Part shown: positions 55,180 through 64,000 of the stretch, one piece after another | How the letters are laid out: the number at the start of each line of letters is the position of its first letter | Numbering within the stretch: position 1 is the first letter of the stretch | Assembly: GCA_964016885.1 (NCBI GenBank) | Contig: OZ024744.1 | Coordinates: 102,982,001-103,046,000, forward strand | DNA length: 64,000 nt | Origin: Eledone cirrhosa | Lineage: Eukaryota | Direction: 5' to 3' | Position numbers and translations under genes: made by a program | Notes under the pieces: model-generated | Database searches by the model: none | Seen by the model: the letters and a program-made list of their open reading frames with translations, nothing else | What the model was told of the DNA's origin: nothing

Positions 55180-58100
55180 CTGCCATGAAAATAAAAAGTA
55201 ACCAGTTCCACTGTTTAAAGTGGGCCTGTTGCCATGAAACTAAAATGTAAACAGTCGACTGTTTAAAGTGGTCCTGTTGCCATGAAACTAAAAAGTAAAC
55301 AGTCTACTGTTTAAAGTGGTCCTGTTGCCGTTAAACTAAAAACTAACCATAACCATTCCACTGTTTAAAGTGGTCCTGCTGCCATGAAACTAGTAAGTAA
55401 CCAGTCTACTGTTTAAAGTGGTCCTGTTGCCATGAAACTTAAAAGTAGTCACTCCACTGTTTAAAGTGGCCCTGTCGCCATGAAACTAAAAAGTAGTCGG
55501 TCTACTGTTTAAAGTGGTCCTGCTGACATGAAACTAAAAAGTAGTCAGTCTACTGTTTAAAGCAGTCTACTGTTTAAAGTGGTCCTGCTGCCATGAAACT
55601 AAAAAGTAGTCAGTCCACTGTTTAAAGTGGTCCTGCTGCCATGAAACTAAAAATTAGTCAGTCTACTGTTTAAAGCAGTCTACTGTTTAAAGTGGTCCTG
55701 CTGCCATGAAACTAAAAAGTAGTCAGTCCACTGTTTAAAGTTGTCCTGCTGCCATGAAACTAAAAATTAGTCAGTCTACTGTTTAAAGTGGTCCTGCTGC
55801 CATGAAACTAAAAAGTAACCAGTCTACTGTTTAAAGTGGTCCTGCTGACATGGAACTAAAAAGTAATCAGTCGACTGTTTAAAGTGGGCCTGCTGCCATG
55901 AAACTAAAAAGTAGCAAGTCTACTGTTTAAAGTGGTCCTGTTGCCATGAAAGTAAAAAGTAATCTGTCTACTATTTAAAGTGGTCCTGCGTCCATGAAAC
56001 TAAAAAGTAACCAGTCTACTGTTAAAAGAGGTCCTGCTGCCATGGAACTAAAAAGTAATCAGTCTACTGTTTAAAGTGGTCCTGCTGCCATGAAACTAAA
56101 ATGTAGTCAGTCTACTGTTTAACTGGTCCTGTTGCCATGAAACTAAAACGTAACCAGTCTACTGTTCAAAGTGGTCCTGCTGCCAAGAAACTAAAAATTA
56201 ACCAGTCCACTGTTTAAAGTGGTCCTGTTGCCATGAAACTTAAATGTAGTCAGTCCACTGTTTAAAGTGGTCCTGCTGCCATGAAACTAAAAAGTAACTA
56301 TTACACTGTTTAAACTGGTCCTGTTGCCATGAAACTAAAAAGTAGTCAGTCAACTGTTTAAAGTGGTCCTGTTGCCATGAAACTAAAAAGTAACGAGTAC
56401 ACTGTTTAAAGTGGTCCTGCTGCCATGATACTAAAAAGTAGTCAGTCTACTGTTTAAAGTGGCCCTGTTGCCATGAAACTAAAAAGTAGTCAGTCTACTG
56501 TTTAAAGTGGTCCTGTTGCCATGAAACTAAAAAGTAACGAGTACACTGTTTAAAGTGGTCCTGCTGCCATGATACTAAAAAGTAGTCAGTCTACTGTTTA
56601 AAGTGGTCCTGCTGCCATGAAACTAAAAAATAGTCATTCCACTGTTTAAACTGGTCCTGTTGCCATGAAACTAAAAAGTAACCAGTCTGCTGTTGAAAGT
56701 GGTCCTGTTGCCATGAAACTAAAAAGTAGTCAGTCTACTGTTTAAAGTGATCCTGCTGACATGAAACTAAAAAGTAGTCAGTCTACTGTTTAACGTGGTC
56801 CTGCTGCCATGAAACTAAAAAGTAACCAGTCTACTGTTTAAAGTGATCCTGCTGCCATTAAACTAAAAAGTAGTCAGTCCACTGTTTAAAGTTGTCCTGC
56901 TGCCATGAAACTAAAAATTAGTCAGTCTACTGTTTAAAGTGGTCCTGCTGCCATGAAACTAAAAAGTAACCAGTCTACTGTTTAAAGTGGTCCTGCTGCC
57001 ATGAAAATAAAAAGTAACCAGTTCCACTGTTTAAAGTGGGCCTGTTGCCATGAAACTAAAATGTAAACAGTCGACTGTTTAAAGTGGTCCTGTTGCCATG
57101 AAACTAAAAAGTAAACAGTCTACTGTTTAAAGTGGTCCTGTTGCCGTTAAACTAAAAACTAACCATAACCATTCCACTGTTTAAAGTGGTCCTGCTGCCA
57201 TGAAACTAGTAAGTAACCAGTCTACTGTTTAAAGTGGTCCTGTTGCCATGAAACTTAAAAGTAGTCACTCCACTGTTTAAAGTGGCCCTGTCGCCATGAA
57301 ACTAAAAAGTAGTCGGTCTACTGTTTAAAGTGGTCCTGCTGACATGAAACTAAAAAGTAGTCAGTCTACTGTTTAAAGCAGTCTACTGTTTAAAGTGGTC
57401 CTGCTGCCATGAAACTAAAAAGTAGTCAGTCCACTGTTTAAAGTGGTCCTGCTGCCATGAAACTAAAAATTAGTCAGTCTACTGTTTAAAGCAGTCTACT
57501 GTTTAAAGTGGTCCTGCTGCCATGAAACTAAAAAGTAGTCAGTCCACTGTTTAAAGTTGTCCTGCTGCCATGAAACTAAAAATTAGTCAGTCTACTGTTT
57601 AAAGTGGTCCTGCTGCCATGAAACTAAAAAGTAACCAGTCTACTGTTTAAAGTGGTCCTGCTGACATGGAACTAAAAAGTAATCAGTCGACTGTTTAAAG
57701 TGGGCCTGCTGCCATGAAACTAAAAAGTAGCAAGTCTACTGTTTAAAGTGGTCCTGTTGCCATGAAAGTAAAAAGTAATCTGTCTACTATTTAAAGTGGT
57801 CCTGCGTCCATGAAACTAAAAAGTAACCAGTCTACTGTTAAAAGTGGTCCTGCTGCCATGGAACTAAAAAGTAATCAGTCTACTGTTTAAAGTGGTCCTG
57901 CTGCCATGAAACTAAAATGTAGTCAGTCTACTGTTTAACTGGTCCTGTTGCCATGAAACTAAAACGTAACCAGTCTACTGTTCAAAGTGGTCCTGCTGCC
58001 AAGAAACTAAAAATTAACCAGTCCACTGTTTAAAGTGGTCCTGTTGCCATGAAACTTAAATGTAGTCAGTCCACTGTTTAAAGTGGTCCTGCTGCCATGA

Positions 58101-58814
58101 AACTAAAAAGTAACTATTACACTGTTTAAACTGGTCCTGTTGCCATGAAACTAAAAAGTAGTCAGTCAACTGTTTAAAGTGGTCCTGTTGCCATGAAACT
58201 AAAAAGTAACGAGTACACTGTTTAAAGTGGTCCTGCTGCCATGATACTAAAAAGTAGTCAGTCTACTGTTTAAAGTGGCCCTGTTGCCATGAAACTAAAA
58301 AGTAGTCAGTCTACTGTTTAAAGTGGTCCTGTTGCCATGAAACTAAAAAGTAACGAGTACACTGTTTAAAGTGGTCCTGCTGCCATGATACTAAAAAGTA
58401 GTCAGTCTACTGTTTAAAGTGGTCCTGCTGCCATGAAACTAAAAAATAGTCATTCCACTGTTTAAACTGGTCCTGTTGCCATGAAACTAAAAAGTAACCA
58501 GTCTGCTGTTGAAAGTGGTCCTGTTGCCATGAAACTAAAAAGTAGTCAGTCTACTGTTTAAAGTGATCCTGCTGACATGAAACTAAAAAGTAGTCAGTCT
58601 ACTGTTTAACGTGGTCCTGCTGCCATGAAACTAAAAAGTAACCAGTCTACTGTTTAAAGTGATCCTGCTGCCATTAAACTAAAAAGTAGTCAGTCCACTG
58701 TTTAAAGTTGTCCTGCTGCCATGAAACTAAAAATTAGTCAGTCTACTGTTTAAAGTGGTCCTGCTGCCATGAAACTAAAAAGTAACCAGTCTACTGTTTA
58801 AAGTGGTCCTGCTG
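55180..58814. repeat. Near-identical tandem block duplication, 2 x 1816 bp (37 monomers including insertion monomers)
   Basis: Markers at a 1816-bp offset: GAAAATAAAAAGTAACCAGTTCC 55187/57003, CCTGTCGCC 55471/57287, 17-bp duplications 55563/57379 and 55676/57492. Confidence 0.9.
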
Positions 58815-60560
58815 ACATGGAACTAAAAAGTAATCAGTCGACTGTTTAAAGTGGGCCTGCTGCCATGAAACTAAAAAGTAGTAAGTCTACTGTTTAAAGT
58901 GGTCCTGTTGCCATGAAAGTAAAAAGTAGTCTGTCTACTATTTAAAGTGGTCCTGGGTCCATGAAACTAAAAAGTAAGCAGTCTACTGTTTAAAGTGGTC
59001 CTGCTGCCATGTAACTCAAAAGTAATCAGTCTACTGTTTAAAGTGGTCCTGCTGCCATAAAAGTTAATGTAGTCAGTCTACTGTTTAACTGGTCCTGTTG
59101 CCATGAAACTAAAACGTAACCAGTCTACTGTTCAAAGTGGTCCTGCTGCCAAGAAACTAAAAATTAACCAGTACACTGTTTAAAGTGGTCCTGTTGCCAT
59201 GAAACTTAAAAGTACTCAGTCCACTGTTTAAAGTGGTCCTGCTGCCATGAAACTAAAAAGTAGTCAGTCTACTGGTTAAAGTGATCCTGTTGCCATGAAA
59301 CTAAAATGTAGTCAGTTCACTGCTTAAACTGGTGCTGCTGCCATGAAACTAAAAAGTAACCAGTTCCACTGTTTAAAGTGGGCCAGTTGCCATGAAACTA
59401 AAAAGTAAACAGTCGACTGTTTAAAGTGGTCCTGTTGCCCTGAAACTAAAAATTAAACAGTTTACTGTTTAAAGTGGTCCTGTTGCCGTTAAACTAAAAA
59501 CTAACCATAACCATTCCACTGTTTAAAGTGGTCCTGCTGCCATGAAAGTAGTAAGTAACCAGTCTACAGTTTAAAGTGGTCCTGTTGCCATGAAACTTAA
59601 AAGTAGTCAGTCCACTGTTTAAAGTGGTCCTGCTGCCATGAAACTAAAAATTAGTCAGTCTACTGTTTAAAGTGGTCCTGCTGCCATGAAACTAAAAAGT
59701 AACCAGTCTACTGTTTAAAGTGGTCCTGCTGACATGGAACTAAAAAGTAATCAGTCGACTGTTTAAAGTGGGCCTGCTGCCATGTAACTAAAAAGTAGTA
59801 AGTCTACTGTTTAAAGTGGTCCTGTTGCCATGAAAGTAAAAAGTAGTCTGTCTACTATTTAAAGTGGTCCTGCGTCCATGAAACTAAAAAGTAAGCAGTC
59901 TACTGTTTAAAGTGGTCCTGCTGCCATGTAACTCAAAAGTAATCAGTCTACTGTTTAAAGTGGTCCTGCTGCCATAAAACTAAAATGTAGTCAGTCTACT
60001 GTTTAACTGGTCCTGTTGCCATGAAACTAAAACGTAACCAGTCTACTGTTCAAAGTGGTCCTGCTGCCAAGAAACTAAAAATTAACCAGTACACTGTTTA
60101 AAGTGGTCCTGTTGCCATGAAACTTAAAAGTACTCAGTCCACTGTTTAAAGTGGTCCTGCTGCCATGAAACTAAAAAGTAGTCAGTCTACTGGTTAAAGT
60201 GATCCTGTTGCCATGAAACTAAAATGTAGTCAGTTCACTGCTTAAACTGGTGCTGCTGCCATGAAACTAAAAAGTAACCAGTTCCACTGTTTAAAGTGGG
60301 CCAGTTGCCATGAAACTAAAAAGTAAACAGTCGACTGTTTAAAGTGGTCCTGTTGCCCTGAAACTAAAAATTAAACAGTTTACTGTTTAAAGTGGTCCTG
60401 TTGCCGTTAAACTAAAAACTAACCATAACCATTCCCCTGTTTAAAGTGGTCCTGCTGCCATGAAAGTAGTAAGTAACCAGTCTACAGTTTAAAGTGGTCC
60501 TGTTGCCATGAAACTTAAAAGTAGTCAGTCCACTGTTTAAAGTGGTCCTGCTGCCATGAA
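58710..60560. repeat. Tandem block duplication, 2 x about 918 bp (19 monomers)
   Basis: GTAACTCAAA at 59011/59928 and GGCCAGTTGC at 59381/60299. Confidence 0.85.
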
Positions 60561-63500
60561 ACTAAAAAGTAGTCAGTCTACTGGTTAAAGTGATCCTGTT
60601 GCCATGAAACTAAAAAGTAGTCAGTCAACTGTTGTGGCCCTGTTGCCATGAAACTAAAAAGTAGTCGGTCTACTGTTTAAAGTGGTCCTGCTGCCATGAA
60701 ACTAAAAAGTAGTCAGTCTACTGTTTAAAGCAGTCTACTGTTTAAAGTGGTCCTGCTGCCATGAAACTAAAAAGTAGTCAGTCCACTGTTTAAAGTGGTC
60801 CTGCTGCCATGAAACTAAAAATTAGTCAGTCTACTGTTTAAAGCAGTCTACTGTTTAAAGTGGTCCTGCTGCCATGAAACTAAAAAATAGTCAGTCCACT
60901 GTTTAAAGTTGTCCTGCTGCCATGAAACTAAAAATTAGTCAGTCTACTGTTTAAAGTGGTCCTGCTGACATGGAACTAAAAAGTAATCAGTCGACTGTTT
61001 AAAGTGGGCCTGCTGCCATGAAACTAAAAAGTAGTATGTCTACTGTTTAAAGTGGTCCTGTTGCCATGAAAGTAAAAAGTAGTCTGTCTACCATTTAAAG
61101 TGGTACTGCGTCCATGAAACTAAAAAGTAACCAGTCTACTGTTCAAAGTGGTCCTGCTGCCAAGAAACTAAAAATTAACCAGTCCACTGTTTAAAGTGGT
61201 CCTGTTGCCATGAAACTAAAAAGTAGTCGGTCTACTGGCTAAAGTGATCCTGCTGCCATGAAACTAAAAAATAGTCAGTCCACTGTTTAAACTGGTCCTG
61301 TTGCCATGAAACTAAAAAGTAACCAGTCTGCTGTTTAAAGTGATCCTGCTGCCATGAAACTAAAAAGTAGTCAGTCCACTGTTTAAAGTTGTCCTGCTGC
61401 CATGAAACTAAAAAGTAGTCAGTCTACTGTTTGAAGTGGTCCTGCTGCCATGAAACTAAAAAGTAGTCAGTCTACTGTTTAAAGTGGTCCTGCTGCCATG
61501 AAACTAAAAAGTAGTCAGTCTACTGTTTTAAGTTGTCCTGCTGCCATCAAACTAAAAAGTAGTCAGTCTACTGTTTAAAGTGGTCCTGCTGCCATGAAAC
61601 TAAAACGTAAGCAGTCTACTGTTTAAAGTGGTCCTGCTGACATGGAACTAAAAAGTAATCAGACTACTGTTTAAAGTGGGCCTGCTGCCATGAAAGTAAA
61701 AAGTAGTAAGTCTACTGTTTAAAGTGGTCCTGTTGCCATGAAAGTAAAAAGTAGTCAGTCTACTGTTTAAAGTTGTCCTGCTGCCATGAAACTAAAAAGT
61801 TACCAGTCTACTGTTTAAAGTGGTCCTGTTGCCATGAAACTAAAAAGTAACCAGTCCACTGTTTAAAATGGTCCTGTTGCCATGAAACTAACAAGTAGCC
61901 AGTGTACTGTTTAAAGTGGTCCTGCTGCCATGAAACTAAAAAGTAAACAGTCCACTGTTTAAAGTGGTCCTGCTGCCATGAAACTAAAAAGTAACCGGTC
62001 CACTGTTTAAAGTGGTCCTGCTGCCATGAAAATAAAAATTAGTCAGTCAACTGTTTAAACTGGTCCTGCTGCCATGAAACTAAAAAGTAGTCAGTCCACT
62101 GTTTAAAATGGTCCTGTTGCCATGAAACTAAAAAGTAATCAGTCTACTGTTTAAAGTGGCCCTGTTGCCATGAAACTAAAAAGTAGTCGGTCTACTGTTG
62201 AAAGTGGTCCTGCTGCCATGAAACTAAAAAGTAACTATTACACTGTTTAAACTGGTCCTGTTGCCATGAAACTAAAAAGTAACCAGTCAACTGTTCAAAG
62301 TGGTCCTGTTGCCATGAAACTAAAAAGTAGTCAGTCTACTGTTTAAAGTGGCCCTGTTGCCATGAAACTAAAAAGTAACTAGTACACTGTTTAAAGTGGT
62401 CCTGCTGCCATGAAACTAAAAAGTAGTCAGTCAACTGTTTAAACTGGTCCTGTTGCCATGAAACTAAAAAGTAACCAGTCTACTGTTCAAAGTGGTCCTG
62501 CTGCCATGAAACTAAAAAGTAGTCAGTCCACTGTTTAAAGTGGCCCTGTTGCCATGAAACTAAAAAGTAGTCGGTCTACTGTTGAAAGTGGTCCTGCTGC
62601 CATGAAACTAAAAAGTAACTATTACACTGTTTAAACTGGTCCTGTTGCCATGAAACTAAAAAGTAACCAGTCAACTGTTCAAAGTGGTCCTGTTGCCATG
62701 AAACTAAAAAGTAGTCAGTCTACTGTTTAAAGCAGTCTACTGTTTAAAGTGGCCCTGTTGCCATGAAACTAAAAAGTAACTAGTACACTGTTTAAAGTGG
62801 TCCTGCTGCCATGAAAATAAAAAGTAGTCAGTCAACTGTTTAAACTGGTCCTGTTGCCATGAAACTAAAAAGTAGTCAGTCTACTGTTTAAAGTGATCCT
62901 GCTGACATGAAACTAAAAAGTAGTCAGTCTACTGTTTAACGTGTTCCTGCTGCCATGAAACTAGAAAGTAACCAGTCTACTGTTTAAAGTGTTCCTGCTG
63001 CCATGAAACTAAAAAGTAGTCAGTCCACTGTTTAAAGTTGTCCTGCTGCCATGAAACTAAAAATTAGTCAGTCTACTGTTTAAAGTGGTCCTGCTGCCAT
63101 GAAACTAAAAAGTAACCAGTCTACTGTTTAAAGTGGTCCTGCTGACATGGAACTAAAAAGTAATCAGTCGACTGTTTAAAGTGGGCCTGCTGCCATGAAA
63201 CTAAAAAGTAGTAAGTCTACTGTTTAACTGGTCCTGTTGCCATGAAACTAAAACGTAACCAGTCTACTGTTCAAAGTGGTCCTGCTGCCATGAAACTAAA
63301 AATTAACCAGTCCACTGTTTAAAGTGGTCCTGTTGCGATGAAACTTAAAAGCAGTCAGTCCATTGTTTAAAGTGGTCCTGCTGCCATGAAACTAAAAAGT
63401 AGTCAGTCTACTGGTTAAAGTGATCCTCTCGCCATGAAACTAAAAATAGTCAGTTCACTGTTTAAACTGGTGCTGCTGCCATGAAACTAAAAAGTAACCA

Positions 63501-64000
63501 GTTCCACTGTTTAAAGTGCGCCTGTTGCCATGAAACTAAAAAGTAAACAGTCGGCTGTTTAAAGTGGTCCTGTTGCCATGAAACTAAAAATAACTAGTAC
63601 ACTGTTTAAAGTGGTCCTGCTGCCATGATACTAAAAAGTAGTCAGTCTACTGTTTAAAGTGGTCCTGCTGCCATGAAACTAAAAAATAGTCATTCCACTG
63701 TTTAAACTGGTACTGTTGCCATGAAACTAAAAAGTAGTCAGTCTACTGTTTAAAGCAGTCTACTGTTTAAAGTGGTCCTGCTGCCATGAAACTAAAAAGT
63801 AGTCAGTCCACTGTTTAAAGTGGTCCTGCTGCCATGAAACTAAAAATTAGTAAGACTACTGTTTAAAGCAGTCTACTGTTTAAAGTGGTCCTGCTGCCAT
63901 GAAACTAAAAAGTAGTCAGTCCATTGTTTAATGTGCTCCTGCTGCCACGGAACTAAAAAGTAACCAGTCCACTGTTTAAAGTGTTCCTGCTGCCATGAAA

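Larger units (their letters stand above)
1..64000. repeat. 48-bp tandem satellite array, about 1,330 monomers, single orientation, running off both window ends
   Basis: CTGCTGCCATGAAACTAAAAAGTAGTCAGTCTACTGTTTAAAGTGGTC and close variants recur every 48 bp (e.g. monomers at 1, 49, 97, 145, 193, 241). Most monomers carry 0-3 substitutions beyond three dimorphic sites, with occasional 1-bp indels. No unique intervening sequence was seen. Confidence 0.99.
43791..64000. repeat. Satellite sub-family domain B (right)
   Basis: Rich in 17-bp-duplication monomers and in the variants AACCGGTCC, GTCGGTCT, TGCGTCC, GTAGTAAGTC, AACTATTACAC, AGTACAC, TAGTAAG, GACATGG and GCCGTTAAA. These are absent or rare in the left domain. 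Confidence 0.8.

Noticed and set aside
55343-55360. TAACC/TAACCA motifs resembling telomeric repeats (TTAGG-type)
   Set aside because: At most two imperfect units inside a monomer, explained by a local 6-bp slippage. There is no telomeric tract.
60628-60640. 4-bp deletion removing TTTAAA (ACTGTTGTGGCC)
   Set aside because: A singleton indel that could be a private mutation or a sequencing error, with no further structure.
1-64000. CRISPR-like array (constant GTTTAAAG-containing part plus variable part)
   Set aside because: The variable segments are point variants of one sequence rather than unique spacers. There is no leader and there are no cas genes.
1-64000. tRNA, snRNA, 5S or other structured RNA gene cluster, or array of diversity cassettes (antigenic-variation or DGR-like)
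   Set aside because: The unit is too short and lacks recognisable RNA-gene motifs. No expression locus or enzyme gene is present. The variants are inherited in collinear blocks, as expected from duplication rather than targeted diversification.

Overview
The whole 64-kb window is one uninterrupted, head-to-tail tandem array of a 48-bp monomer, about 1,330 copies in one orientation. The consensus is CTGYTGCCATGAAACTAAAAAGTA(GT/AC)CAGTCYACTGTTTAAAGTGGTC, about 40% GC and with no CpG. This is satellite-type DNA, most likely eukaryotic heterochromatin; the taxon and chromosomal location cannot be determined from the sequence. I find no credible genes, RNA genes, transposons or CRISPR arrays, and no evidence of a new protein-coding system. 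The ORF-track hits are artefacts of 48 = 16 codons plus a TAG/TGG polymorphism. The informative signal is the internal architecture read from monomer variants: (i) two sub-family domains meeting near 43.8 kb; (ii) nested higher-order repeats and block duplications (about 432, 918, 960-1008, 1201, 1816, 1824, 2592 and 3645 bp, plus dispersed copies about 14.5 kb and 20 kb apart); (iii) a hairpin-bounded 23-bp micro-inversion present twice; (iv) 65-bp and 54-bp insertion monomers seen only in the right domain; and (v) an ordered multi-monomer cassette shared, in diverged form, by both domains. All offsets were read by eye from marker variants and should be confirmed with a dot plot.
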